This document shows positions 49,019-59,201 of a DNA stretch of 64,000 nucleotides, in pieces. Position 1 is the first letter of the stretch; each line of letters opens with the position of its first letter. The position numbers and the translations under genes were made by a program. A model generated the notes under the pieces. That model had not been told where the DNA came from, did not search any database, and saw nothing but the letters and a program-made list of their open reading frames with translations. This DNA comes from a virus: positions 96,001-160,000 of IMG/VR virus record IMGVR_UViG_3300045988_171772, one strand, 5' to 3'.

Positions 49019-49831
49019 TTATCCAACCAGTCTTACCACATACCATACTACAGACGATCTTATGGTAGGAGCTGCACCTGTCATGGTAGCATTACCATTG
49101 GAGTTTACTTTGACAATCCGAATGATAAGTCTGGATGACTGGAATACCCAGTCTTGGGTATGCTCAAAATCTACATTATACAACTCAGTGCAATTCGGGG
49201 TAGACAAAGCCAATGAAGGATGATGACCTTCACTACATCCGATATTCCCTACAAAGAGAAGAATTTGATCTTTGGTCATAGCGTATGTCGCATTGAAATT
49301 CGTACTCGAATCCGTATTGCCATTATCAGATCCACTATAGACCTGAGTAGGTTTGAATATAGTGGCGAAGCTTGACACGAATGTACTCATAGCGACTCTA
49401 ACTTCAGGAGCCCAGTCATCGCCATTCGAAGAATAAAATCCCTCAGGAATTTTATTCAAAGCATAATATTTTCCATTTACATCTGTTCCGATTCCAATAC
49501 CACCAGCATATTGATATTGACCTCTATCGAATCCCGCTTCTCCAACAATTTCACGGAGTTTTCTTTTAATATTAGGATGAGGGCTCATACGGCCATCTGT
49601 TTTACGATAAGCTCCTCTCGGAATTGCTAAATACACAAAGTTGGTATCGGGATCGTATTTAGTAACTACAGGACATTGATTATCATTCGGTTGATCTACC
49701 AACGAACCTGTATGAAGTTTACCATCACTTCCGATATATTTCTTGCCTTTAATTACATCGATATCTTGAAGATTAATCTGGTCTAATAATGATTTTGAGA
49801 TCCCCGCAGAAGATAATAATACTTCAGGCAT
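49019..49831 (-). CDS. putative tail fibre / receptor-binding protein
   Basis: The N-terminus ...DVIKGKKYIGSDGKLHTGSL resembles the recurrent IL.GK.A....G...TG opening of phage fibre proteins. The C-half is Gly/Ser/Asn-rich. Confidence 0.4.
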   Translation of the reverse strand: MPEVLLSSAGISKSLLDQINLQDIDVIKGKKYIGSDGKLHTGSLVDQPNDNQCPVVTKYDPDTNFVYLAIPRGAYRKTDGRMSPHPNIKRKLREIVGEAGFDRGQYQYAGGIGIGTDVNGKYYALNKIPEGFYSSNGDDWAPEVRVAMSTFVSSFATIFKPTQVYSGSDNGNTDSSTNFNATYAMTKDQILLFVGNIGCSEGHHPSLALSTPNCTELYNVDFEHTQDWVFQSSRLIIRIVKVNSNGNATMTGAAPTIRSSVVWYVVRLVG

Positions 49832-49881
49832 ACTTCTATTCTCCTAATTGGTCTGTATATAGGATCTGATACCCTATTTAT

Positions 49882-49909
49882 CCACTATAATTATTTATAA
49901 TTATAGTGG
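49882..49909. promoter_or_regulatory. operator-like perfect palindrome CCACTATAATTA-TTTA-TAATTATAGTGG
   Basis: 12-bp arms, centred in the divergent intergenic region between the starts at 49831 (minus) and 50052 (plus). Confidence 0.5.
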
Positions 49910-50051
49910 ATGGATTTATGAAGGAAATAAAAAAGACAGATACGAATGAATAATGAACCTCATTCGTATCTGTCTTTTTCTGTATATTATATTTATAATC
50001 AAAGATGGATTTCTATAAAGATCACTATTTATAAACTAGGAGGAAAATCAA

Positions 50052-50318
50052 ATGAGCAAAATCGTTAAGGCTAAATGTGTCGCTTCGTATGTCTTAAAAG
50101 ATGGAATATTCAATAAGGTTCTCCACGACCTTAGAGAATCCATGAAAGATGTCACCGTAGAAGGCGCTAGAAGTGAAAATAAAGCTATCGCCTTCTACGA
50201 ATTCCAAATTGATGGAGAGAAAAACATCTTCATTCCAATACTCATTCGACTCGAATTGTGGGGTGATTCTCTGATTAAATCTTCCATGGCGGGCGCCGCC
50301 AATATCGAAAACCCATAA
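50052..50318 (+). CDS. hypothetical small protein (88 aa)
   Basis: AGGAGG RBS. TAA stop. Confidence 0.65.
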   Translation: MSKIVKAKCVASYVLKDGIFNKVLHDLRESMKDVTVEGARSENKAIAFYEFQIDGEKNIFIPILIRLELWGDSLIKSSMAGAANIENP

Positions 50319-50642
50319 TCCCGGATTCTGAATCCTTGAAGATTCGAAAGAAGAATATCCGATTATGAAGGTGGACCTCGAAGATGGAGAATACGAATAT
50401 CTTCCCATGCAGGAATTCGGATGGTCTATTGAGTCTGATCCGGAGATGAGAGAAGGGCCGGTTATGCGTCCGTTTGTAAACATCAAAACAGCAGATTCTG
50501 GTCTCAGAGTTCTTCTGTAATACCTAAGAAAGGGAATGATTTATACGGATCATTCCCTTTCTTTTTATAAACAAATCCAATATATTCATTTATGAATGGT
50601 CCCGGGTCTAACCCTGAAACAACGTGTAGTCTTTAAAATAAA

Positions 50643-50703
50643 AACCTTTAAATGGGTGTGACATATGTCGGCTATATACCGGTGTCACACCCATTTAAAG
50701 GTT
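50643..50703. terminator. long perfect hairpin (21-bp stem)
   Basis: AACCTTTAAATGGGTGTGACA (50643-50663) pairs with TGTCACACCCATTTAAAGGTT (50683-50703). Confidence 0.7.
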
Positions 50704-51022
50704 CTATTCAAATAAACGCCCAAAGCACACACTGAAGGACTCATGTCTACAAGATAAGGTTGTCTCAACCTCGTGAGAGTGATCTGAGGATGAAAGATCT
50801 AGATTCATCATCGTTCCAATTGTTATGGGAAATCGGTCAATCACAGGAGGTACATATACTGGATGTTATTCCGAAAAGTATGAGGCACAGGCCTCTGAGA
50901 GATCCGTAGATTTTCATCCCGATACAATTTTGCTCTCCTATTTGTATGAGTTGATTCCAGAGGGCTATAGGATCGTTTAAACCTTAGTACCTAAGGATCG
51001 TATGATATTCTTATTTATTATG

Positions 51023-51436
51023 TTACTCGGATTTCTTAAAGCCATGATAAGCAGTCTGAAGAAGGAATCCGAGAAGCTCCCAAATCTTATTCTTAGCATG
51101 TTCGAGATTGATCCCTTCACCAATCTCCATGCTATAATTCTTAGGATCTACACAGGAAGAAGATTCAGTGATGATGAAGCCATTCTTCAGAGTAATCTGT
51201 GTAACTGTAGTCTTTTCTCCCATGGTCATAGACTCCACCTTATCAATGAAGTCATCAACCATCTGCTGACCAATGGATACACCACTCGGAAGATCCTTAT
51301 TGTCATTGACCTCAATATAAACCTTATTAAAGAGATCTTTCGGACAATAAGCTTCCATATCATCTTTATGATAGACGCGGTATCCGTCACCAGATTCTTC
51401 AGCTTCTACCAATTCGCAGACAATATACTTTTTCAT
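51023..51436 (-). CDS. N4 gp49 / Sf6 gp66-family protein
   Basis: Trimmed to the ATG at 51436 (GAAGGAGA RBS). TTVTQITLKNGFIITESSSCVDPKNYSMEIGEGINLEHAKNKIWELLGFLL matches the family signature (T...L.NGF.....S.CV.P.N.....G......A..KIW.L.G..L), from memory. Confidence 0.7.
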   Translation of the reverse strand: MKKYIVCELVEAEESGDGYRVYHKDDMEAYCPKDLFNKVYIEVNDNKDLPSGVSIGQQMVDDFIDKVESMTMGEKTTVTQITLKNGFIITESSSCVDPKNYSMEIGEGINLEHAKNKIWELLGFLLQTAYHGFKKSE

Positions 51437-51576
51437 AGTTAATATTCTCCTTCTTTCTATAGGAAGTATAGACAGAATCTTTAATCGTCTTGTTAGTCTA
51501 TATATTATTCTTAAGAGAAAGGAGCATTCCAAGAGTGCTTTTCTTGAATCGGAATCAATCTAAGGAGAGAATCAAA

Positions 51577-52131
51577 ATGATGTACTATGTCTCTATGAAG
51601 GAGTCTATCGGAGGTCCTTCTTCGAGAATTATTGCCATGCATGAAAAAGAGAAATACATTGAAGGCTTTGTCAATACCTTCTTTCGAGGATCCAAGTGTT
51701 ATGAGATCTCCTGTGTAACCAATGCAGAGAAAGATCCGGATCTCTATTCCATCGTCCGTATTGATAAGAAGGAAGGATTCTATCTTCCAATGTGGATGAT
51801 CAAATATATGGAAGACGAATATGACAGAATGACAAGAGGTCTTGTCACATCGATGTCTACTATGTATACTCTGTGTAAGAATAATGGAGATACCGTGGGT
51901 ATGTCTCATCTTACCTCTATGAGAGATTACTTCTTCTCTAAGAATCCAAGTGATGATGAGGAATCTCTCAAAGAGAAATACTTCAATGCCTATCTGAGAA
52001 TGCATTGGATCGCCATAGTCCCCTATGATAAGAGAAAGTTTGAAGTATTGGAGAATATCTTGACCTCTATGGAATATATGCACGAAACGGATATTTTCAG
52101 TAGAATGAGGTTGGATCTCGACTACACCTGA
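51577..52131 (+). CDS. hypothetical protein (184 aa)
   Basis: ATG at 51577 follows TAAGGAGAG. TGA stop. Confidence 0.7.
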   Translation: MMYYVSMKESIGGPSSRIIAMHEKEKYIEGFVNTFFRGSKCYEISCVTNAEKDPDLYSIVRIDKKEGFYLPMWMIKYMEDEYDRMTRGLVTSMSTMYTLCKNNGDTVGMSHLTSMRDYFFSKNPSDDEESLKEKYFNAYLRMHWIAIVPYDKRKFEVLENILTSMEYMHETDIFSRMRLDLDYT

Positions 52132-52242
52132 TCTTCAAACAGAAAAGTAAATGATAGGGTCTTCGAAATTCATAAGCATCTTATCATGATCTTTATATCG
52201 TTTCCGATCCGCATGGGACTCGGAAAGAAAGGGGAGATACAT

Positions 52243-52680
52243 ATGGCTGAAAATGCAGCAACGCTAAAGTGTATCAGAACACAGGTCCTCAAATTTCAAA
52301 GTAACTGGTATGTAAAGTTTGCATTCCCAGCTTTATATGCCGAAATGCTGATCTTCATCGTCTATATGATGGTATCAGGTTACTTTAAAAATGCGGGACT
52401 CGGATTCACAAGTGCTTCGTTTGTAGTTGCTTTGGCAATCGTCGTCACCATTGCATACATTCAGATGAAGAAACTGAATGTCAAGCTGACACAGATCCGG
52501 TATCTCGTTTTCGATGCAGACATTTATGAAAAGAAAGAATGGAATGAGGAAGAGCGATCTTCTGCTATTGAATATGTGAAAGACTCTCAGCAATATCTTC
52601 GCATTTGCGTTGTCGCTTACATATTCTCTATCGTCAATCTTTTCACCCTTAGCGTTCTCATTTCCAGTGCTATCTCTTGA
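52243..52680 (+). CDS. hypothetical membrane protein (145 aa)
   Basis: ATG at 52243 follows GGGGAG. Three hydrophobic segments. Confidence 0.65.
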   Translation: MAENAATLKCIRTQVLKFQSNWYVKFAFPALYAEMLIFIVYMMVSGYFKNAGLGFTSASFVVALAIVVTIAYIQMKKLNVKLTQIRYLVFDADIYEKKEWNEEERSSAIEYVKDSQQYLRICVVAYIFSIVNLFTLSVLISSAIS

Positions 52681-52887
52681 CCGACACAAATAAGAAGAAG
52701 GTAGGGTCTAATTACGTCCCAAATTGAACCGAGTTAATCATCTTATAGGAGGGATGCAACATGGCTCTACAAAATAAATCAATGCCCACTATACTTGGAG
52801 GATAGAAACCAAGTATAGTGGGAATCTTTTCTCTATATAAAACCATAGAGTGAAAATCAAAGGTAGAAGTATTAAAAATTGGGTTGG

Positions 52888-53520
52888 TCAGTGTTTTGTA
52901 TCAGGATTATACTGAGTACATACACTCTGAATGGCTTTGACTGTGATATTTGAATTCTTGGGCAATTTCCAATAATTCGGATTTTCAGTGGAGATTCTCT
53001 CAAGAGTTCTGGGATCTCTGGAGAATGAAAATTTCTTTCGAGTCAAGCCATATTCTTTTTGCTCTAAGAATCCCATGACGACATTCATAGGAATGATTGG
53101 ATTATTTAAGAAATAGTCATTCAGGTATTCATTGAGTTTGCTTTTGTATTTGTATAAAGCCATTGTGTTAAGAGATTTCGATGAGAATCTAGAAGGACAC
53201 ATGATCATACAGAGATCTCCTACATTTGGATTCATCGCCGGTATTTTATAGAGAAGGCAATAGTCGATCTGCATCAATCTCTGATCATATTTCAATGCGA
53301 CTTCAGTTCCCATCATGGATTCAAGAAACTGCTGTTTGGTAAGCTCTCCTCCAAGATATCCATACTCCAGGGAATAAGTAGGATATTTCGCCTTGATGAA
53401 AGCTCGCAATTCCTTGAATATCGCATTCCTGTCAAAAACCATATTGGCCGAATCGACAGGAGAGAATACAAGTTTTGTCCTACGATTGAGCGGTACGATT
53501 GACTGAGGGACTTGTGACAT
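52888..53520 (-). CDS. hypothetical protein (210 aa)
   Basis: Track ORF. AGGAGA upstream of the ATG. TGA stop. Confidence 0.7.
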   Translation of the reverse strand: MSQVPQSIVPLNRRTKLVFSPVDSANMVFDRNAIFKELRAFIKAKYPTYSLEYGYLGGELTKQQFLESMMGTEVALKYDQRLMQIDYCLLYKIPAMNPNVGDLCMIMCPSRFSSKSLNTMALYKYKSKLNEYLNDYFLNNPIIPMNVVMGFLEQKEYGLTRKKFSFSRDPRTLERISTENPNYWKLPKNSNITVKAIQSVCTQYNPDTKH

Positions 53521-53638
53521 GAATTTACATCTCCTATCTCTTCTTCAGAGTTTTATGGAATTTAAGAATGCGTTATCTAGCTTTAAAAATCATTTAAACC
53601 CATATATTATAGGTTAAAGAAAGGGGATAAACAGAACC

Positions 53639-54802
53639 ATGGCAAAAGAAATCATGCTCTTCTTTCGAGATGGTACCTATAAGGTATATGGCGAAAATCA
53701 TATCTCTCAAATAACCGAAGAAGACCTCGGTAACTCTATGATGGCTCTGGTAGCTGTCAAGAGTTATGAAGCACAGCAATATCTTCCTGTGGATCCAGAC
53801 TATCTTATCACTCGTATGGAACCAGGAGAATTTCAATATTCACTAGAATACGATTCCATGTCCTCCGACTTAGATTCATCCTATAATGGAATCTTCCCAC
53901 TTCCTATTCATAAAGTGGATTTGATGAATGTCTTTGACTTCTATGATGCAATCTATTTCATTATGGAGATGGGATTTATCTTCGAGATGATGAATCCAGA
54001 TCGATTCGATGACTTTAGAGTCTTGGATGTAATGGAAGCACATATCGAAATACCAGATTCGAATCAAGGTCCAATTACCTTCCATAGTAAGATCAAAAAG
54101 ACCAAGGTGACGAATCCGAATAATCTCGTATGCGGAGAGATCTGTATTCATCTCTGTAAGAGATTTGGTATCATGAAAGAATTCAACAAGGTATCTCATA
54201 CCTGGATCAGAATCCAAGAGGATCACAAATGGGAATCTACTGAGACTCTGAATGAGAGGGTAAAGAAGGATACAGGGGTATCTTCTTTTCCTATCGATAC
54301 TGGGTCTCTTGTCTTCGCCAATGTCAATATGCTTAGACAATTGGAAGATGTAGATATCCCTATGTATACAGCCTATCTCTATGACAGGTCCATGTTACTT
54401 GGAGAAGGACCTCGGATTTCTAAATTGATCGATGATATGAATGCCGATCATTATGTGGATGATATCATCTGTGATGTCGTATCAGGATCTCTATTATCAA
54501 GATCTGGAGTCTTATCCTTTTTGATTGAGTTACCTATGCTGGATGAATGTTTTAAACTCACAATGGCATTGAATGACTTTACCAATTGTGCTGGAGTCTA
54601 TTATGAATTAACCAATCAGATTCAGAAGAAGATTCCAGATCCTATAGGAAATCCAAGAGGGCTCTTAAAATCAAAGGCCAAAACCAAATGGGTTTATGAC
54701 TTCGATGATGACAAAGATAGATCTATCTTGGGATCCTATCTGGATGAATATGAAAAGACATTGCGAGCTGGATTCCGAATCGATGACACGGCCCCATTCT
54801 AA
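53639..54802 (+). CDS. hypothetical protein (387 aa)
   Basis: Track ORF. AAAGGGGA upstream. TAA stop. Confidence 0.7.
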   Translation: MAKEIMLFFRDGTYKVYGENHISQITEEDLGNSMMALVAVKSYEAQQYLPVDPDYLITRMEPGEFQYSLEYDSMSSDLDSSYNGIFPLPIHKVDLMNVFDFYDAIYFIMEMGFIFEMMNPDRFDDFRVLDVMEAHIEIPDSNQGPITFHSKIKKTKVTNPNNLVCGEICIHLCKRFGIMKEFNKVSHTWIRIQEDHKWESTETLNERVKKDTGVSSFPIDTGSLVFANVNMLRQLEDVDIPMYTAYLYDRSMLLGEGPRISKLIDDMNADHYVDDIICDVVSGSLLSRSGVLSFLIELPMLDECFKLTMALNDFTNCAGVYYELTNQIQKKIPDPIGNPRGLLKSKAKTKWVYDFDDDKDRSILGSYLDEYEKTLRAGFRIDDTAPF

Positions 54803-54822
54803 TAAGAAAGGAGAAATCGAAT

Positions 54823-55788
54823 ATGTTTTGTATTGGAAGAGATGGAGAAGTCTATAGCTGTGATTCCTTCAAAGCTTTTTCTAATCCAGAAGCATCTTCT
54901 GCGATTGCTCTCTATGCTCAAGCTCCGGTTCCTGGTATCCGGAATATGTATATGAGATTCTATCCAAATTCCATCCGAGAAGTAGATCCTAAATCAAAGG
55001 ATTATCTTCTCGATTATGTGCCCAATGTCAAGGTACCTTCTTCCAAGTATACCTTGAGTCTCACCTCGGATAAGGACATTCCTCTTCAACTCAGAAGGGT
55101 ATTCCAGGTGATGTCTTATGAGGATTCCAATCTTCCTAAGAATCTTCCTAATACCATCAGCGATCTTCTCTATGTAGAGAATCTTCCTTCCTTCATTAAG
55201 GATATTCAGCGTTTCATGTTTGATGTCTTGGGAGAGGATACAATTGATCTCATTGATGCAGAGTATGACCATCCCTCTGGATGTACTCTCATCGATCCCT
55301 ATCAGTCTCCTGGTCATTCCAAACCATCTACAGAAAGACTCGGAGTATTCTATCGATTCGTACCTGTCTCCTATGATATTACCTGCACCAAAGGGTTTGG
55401 GTATATCATCCAGGATGACATGTATAAGTATATCGAAGATCTGGAAGGGAATTGGAAGATTATTATCTACTCCTATAGCAAGGAGAATCCTCCTGAGATT
55501 CTTGATGAGAATGATAACTATCAGGAGGTAGAAATCTGCGGATGGCAAGATCCCAGAAGTTTCTTTGATATTGCATATTACACTTCTATCTCTTGTAATC
55601 TTCTCAATCGTCTTACTCCTGCAAGAGAGTATCGAGCCACTGCTTCTTTTGGGGATAAGATTCCTGGTACGAGTTATGCCAGATACACCAGATGGTTTAG
55701 TACCAGTGGTAAATTTGATCAGAATGGAAATACAGATGTCTGCTTTGATTCGTTTGTAACATTACGGATGGCTGGACGAATTAAATAA
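54823..55788 (+). CDS. hypothetical protein (321 aa)
   Basis: Track ORF. AAAGGAGA upstream. TAA stop. Confidence 0.7.
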   Translation: MFCIGRDGEVYSCDSFKAFSNPEASSAIALYAQAPVPGIRNMYMRFYPNSIREVDPKSKDYLLDYVPNVKVPSSKYTLSLTSDKDIPLQLRRVFQVMSYEDSNLPKNLPNTISDLLYVENLPSFIKDIQRFMFDVLGEDTIDLIDAEYDHPSGCTLIDPYQSPGHSKPSTERLGVFYRFVPVSYDITCTKGFGYIIQDDMYKYIEDLEGNWKIIIYSYSKENPPEILDENDNYQEVEICGWQDPRSFFDIAYYTSISCNLLNRLTPAREYRATASFGDKIPGTSYARYTRWFSTSGKFDQNGNTDVCFDSFVTLRMAGRIK

Positions 55789-55809
55789 AAGGAGGGATCT
55801 GTATTCACT

Positions 55810-55965
55810 ATGAAGATCAAACTAGACGACATTGGAGAAAAAGCTTTGGAGAATGCTCTGGAAAGAGTAAACTCTGGTAGGCTGGATCCCTCTCTAAGAA
55901 AAAAGAATGAAGAACCTGAGTCTATGACTCAATATAAGAGAGGAGACAAAGACAATGCCGATTAA
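55810..55965 (+). CDS. possible small protein (51 aa)
   Basis: Below the track threshold. AGGAGGG lies 13 nt upstream. It overlaps the next start by 11 nt. Confidence 0.4.
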   Translation: MKIKLDDIGEKALENALERVNSGRLDPSLRKKNEEPESMTQYKRGDKDNAD

Positions 55966-56458
55966 TCCGAATACCCGCTATTATGTCGAAGCACAAACCT
56001 TACAGATCGCTTATAACAAATGCACCGATATGATGCAGAAGTGTGTCTCTTCCATGAAGAGAATTCTCATCTCATCAATCATCACAGGTGTATTGACGAT
56101 GATCATCTGGATTGCTTCGATCATCATTTGTGGATTCTCTTTCAATCATGCAGTCTTTCTCATTACATTCCTTCTAGAAGTAGGAATCATGATTCTCTAT
56201 GGGAGAGACTCTAAGAATATTGCAATCAATCCTGATATGAATGAGAATGTCCAAAATATTCTCTATGGGGATAAGTATGCAATCTCCGAAGTCAATCCTG
56301 AGGAGCTCCACAATATCACCAACAAACTCACTCTCAATACAGGGGTCATGCAATCCTATATCAAGGGATTTAATACCATTCATATCATGATGGAGCTCAT
56401 CTGTATTACCAACTCCGCTTCATTCTTTGCAAGAATCATTATTCATTTCATTGGATAA
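55955..56458 (+). CDS. hypothetical membrane protein (167 aa)
   Basis: Track ORF with hydrophobic segments. AGAGGAGA upstream. Confidence 0.65.
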   Translation: MPINPNTRYYVEAQTLQIAYNKCTDMMQKCVSSMKRILISSIITGVLTMIIWIASIIICGFSFNHAVFLITFLLEVGIMILYGRDSKNIAINPDMNENVQNILYGDKYAISEVNPEELHNITNKLTLNTGVMQSYIKGFNTIHIMMELICITNSASFFARIIIHFIG

Positions 56459-56472
56459 AAAGAGGTGATCCT

Positions 56473-57114
56473 ATGATCGACATGAGAAAATCTGTCTATG
56501 ATGCCATTCACACCGTTACCATGGAAGATCCTCTCTATGATTGTCTTCCTAGACTGGTAGATGGTGAGCAGGATGTCATCTATACCATTCAGAGAATTCC
56601 TCCGAGGTCTCATACCGAGATTATTGATCGGAAAAAGGTAACCGTTGAAGACTCTGCTGCAAAGCTTCGTATCTTCCTCATCTTTGATATCAACAACCAG
56701 CTGGTACAGGATTGCATCACCAAAGGAAGATGCAAGATCCATAAGTATGATACTCTTGTCGTGGTTGGAATGGATGAGAATTACCATATGGATGCAACGG
56801 TGGAATTCTATCTGGATCTCATTCGTCCCATTCAACCCTATACTGTCAATACGGAGTTTCTCACTGGAAGAGGATATGGCAATGCCGTTACCACCATGAC
56901 ATTCCTCTCCTATGATACCATGCTCAATATGAACATGACAACTCCGAAGATTGACAAAGAGATCACTGACATCAAGCTCATTGGTGGAATGACAAAAGAA
57001 GAAGTCACTCACTATGATACCTATAACAAGAAAAAGACTGTCACTCTGGTAGATCGAGAAGTGACTGGTCTTCTCTCTAAGATTGATGATCGTCTGATCC
57101 ATTACGGCAAATAA
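56473..57114 (+). CDS. hypothetical protein (213 aa)
   Basis: Track ORF. AAGAGGTGA upstream. TAA stop, then a hairpin. Confidence 0.7.
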   Translation: MIDMRKSVYDAIHTVTMEDPLYDCLPRLVDGEQDVIYTIQRIPPRSHTEIIDRKKVTVEDSAAKLRIFLIFDINNQLVQDCITKGRCKIHKYDTLVVVGMDENYHMDATVEFYLDLIRPIQPYTVNTEFLTGRGYGNAVTTMTFLSYDTMLNMNMTTPKIDKEITDIKLIGGMTKEEVTHYDTYNKKKTVTLVDREVTGLLSKIDDRLIHYGK

Positions 57115-57168
57115 AACTGGCATAGTGTATACGTAATATCATCATACGTATACACTATGCCATTCTTT

Positions 57169-57522
57169 TTATCCTTGAGCATTCCTTTCTTCTAAGATAT
57201 CAAGAGCTTCCTTACAGATAGATCGAAGCACTGCACTGGTCATGGAGATATAGCATCCCTTCATTTTGATTCTCTTCAGAGCATCATTGATAAGTTGCTT
57301 TATAAATTCGAGATCGATAGTGACAAACTTATCCAGTCTGATTTCCTCTTTGACCAATCCATAGATCTCGACATGCCAAGAGATCTTCACCTTATGGACA
57401 CTGAAGTAGATGCATCCATCCGGCCACATAGATTTACTTACATCATCGTCGATCGTATAGACACGATATCCATCTTCAGGCTTCTCTTGAGCCCGAAGAT
57501 ATAACATGAATCTCTTGGCCAT
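57169..57522 (-). CDS. hypothetical protein (117 aa)
   Basis: Track ORF, tightly packed 3 nt downstream of the 57526..57951 gene. Confidence 0.65.
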   Translation of the reverse strand: MAKRFMLYLRAQEKPEDGYRVYTIDDDVSKSMWPDGCIYFSVHKVKISWHVEIYGLVKEEIRLDKFVTIDLEFIKQLINDALKRIKMKGCYISMTSAVLRSICKEALDILEERNAQG

Positions 57523-57525
57523 TTC

Positions 57526-57951
57526 TTAGATTTCCTCCTCGAGACTATTGGCACTCTCATCAATGCCAATCTTAGACGTGAGATAGTTTCGTACCATCTC
57601 AGAGATCATCAGAGCGATGGCCTCCTCTGTCATATACATAGATGCCTTCTCATAGAATTCATCCGACAGACACCTGATACACTTCCCAGACAATTCTTCA
57701 TAGTAATTGTCAAAGGAGGTATTATTCAGCTTAGGTCCAGCCTCTCTGAAACGATTATTGTCATAAATGTAAAATTGGAGATTGCATACACTTGTGATGG
57801 TGGATGCAATCTCCTCCATAGTAAAGAATTTGGTCTTACGCTTATACCGAGCATAAGGACCTCCAATAAAGTAGGTCAGCATCATAAAGATGAGACCCAC
57901 TGTCAGCAGTATACAGAGAATGATCCCAAGAAAAATAAGAAGCAGATTCAT
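57526..57951 (-). CDS. hypothetical protein with N-terminal transmembrane helix (141 aa)
   Basis: Track ORF. AAAGGAGGA upstream of the ATG. Confidence 0.65.
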   Translation of the reverse strand: MNLLLIFLGIILCILLTVGLIFMMLTYFIGGPYARYKRKTKFFTMEEIASTITSVCNLQFYIYDNNRFREAGPKLNNTSFDNYYEELSGKCIRCLSDEFYEKASMYMTEEAIALMISEMVRNYLTSKIGIDESANSLEEEI

Positions 57952-58074
57952 CTTGACTGAATCCTCCTTTCAAATTAAACGGAAGTTTTTTGATATAGAA
58001 TATAATATGAGCTTCATATTGCGGGCGAAATTAACAAGTCTGTAAAATACACATGAATCGAGGGGTTTAGACGT

Positions 58075-58725
58075 ATGAATCTTCCTAATATTGAATTTAC
58101 GGGAGATTATGCGAAGTTTATTGAGAATGCAGAAGACCCGAATGAGTGCATCTCTTTTTATAAGGATGCAGAGTATTTCGAAGATCAGACGACCTACAAT
58201 CGATTCGTCAAATCAGTAGAAACTATGGTTCGGACTTCGGATGATTATAAGGCATTCATTCGTTGGGTAAAGAATACCGTAGGCATCAACTTCTGTCAGG
58301 TATCTTCTAACATTGTGGAGTTTGACACCACTGGTGGGAAAGATACTTTGATTGAGATGCATCATGGTCCTCTATTTACTCTGTATGACTATGTCAGCAT
58401 CATCCTCAATAAGTATATTGACAATAGACTTCCTATCTCCACATTCGTGATTACCAATGAAGTCATTGAAGAACATTTCAAACTGCATGTGCAGGTGGTT
58501 ATGCTCACGAAGACCAATCATGAGGGTGTCCATAACAGAGATATCTTCCTGAATCTCAAACAAGGTCTTGGAGATATTGGAGCTTTCATCAAAGAATATG
58601 CTCCATATCTTACAGATGATCAGAAGTATCGCATTGCTCGTTATATTCTTCTCTGCAAAGAGAATGATAGTTATGACAATGGGCTTCTGGATGTCGATTC
58701 GATTGCACCTCTGATTGCAACATAA
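58075..58725 (+). CDS. hypothetical protein (216 aa)
   Basis: Track ORF. GAGGGG upstream. TAA stop. Confidence 0.7.
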   Translation: MNLPNIEFTGDYAKFIENAEDPNECISFYKDAEYFEDQTTYNRFVKSVETMVRTSDDYKAFIRWVKNTVGINFCQVSSNIVEFDTTGGKDTLIEMHHGPLFTLYDYVSIILNKYIDNRLPISTFVITNEVIEEHFKLHVQVVMLTKTNHEGVHNRDIFLNLKQGLGDIGAFIKEYAPYLTDDQKYRIARYILLCKENDSYDNGLLDVDSIAPLIAT

Positions 58726-58831
58726 TCAAATACTCAATCCTACATGGGAATAACTATTTGAATCCCCATGTAGGATTTTTCTTTTTTCTCATTCTAGAAA
58801 TCTCGGTAAAGGGTGGTGACAGCATTCTATT

Positions 58832-59131
58832 ATGAGAAGACATCGTGGTTCCCGCAGAAAGAGGAAGACCTCTGTTTCCTTTCGTTTTGGAGTGGATCAG
58901 ACTCCTGGGTGGATGAATGATTTTATTCGGAGCAAGTATGTGATTCCTTGCTCTGCTAAAATCTTCGGTCCCAATAACCGCAAGATTCAGCAAAAGTGGT
59001 TATTCATTGAAAATGGAAGAAAGCAATTGGCTTCCAAGGGTGATATCGTCACTCTTACGAGACAAGGCACACTCGAAGTCAAGTATGCCAATAAGAAATA
59101 CTCTGATTTCGAGTATGGCTATGTAGACTAA
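58832..59131 (+). CDS. hypothetical small basic protein (99 aa)
   Basis: Track ORF with a weak RBS. TAA stop, then a hairpin. Confidence 0.45.
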   Translation: MRRHRGSRRKRKTSVSFRFGVDQTPGWMNDFIRSKYVIPCSAKIFGPNNRKIQQKWLFIENGRKQLASKGDIVTLTRQGTLEVKYANKKYSDFEYGYVD

Positions 59132-59201
59132 AACCTAAAAAGAGTTATACCATATGATTTTCCTATATGGTATAACTCTTTTATCGGTATTTGAAGTATT
59201 A

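Noticed and set aside
50052-50520. Programmed frameshift joining 50052..50318 to a 51-aa ORF at 50365..50520
   Set aside because: The second ORF is in the +1 frame, but there is no slippery sequence at the junction and a 46-nt gap after a TAA stop. It may simply be a separate small ORF with a weak RBS.
52759-52860. 13-aa ORF (MALQNKSMPTILGG, TAG stop) with a strong AGGAGGG RBS as a leader peptide or attenuator
   Set aside because: It lies inside the 14-bp-stem convergent terminator CCCACTATACTTGG/CCAAGTATAGTGGG. The RBS-like sequence is probably fortuitous, and the ORF is too short to evaluate.
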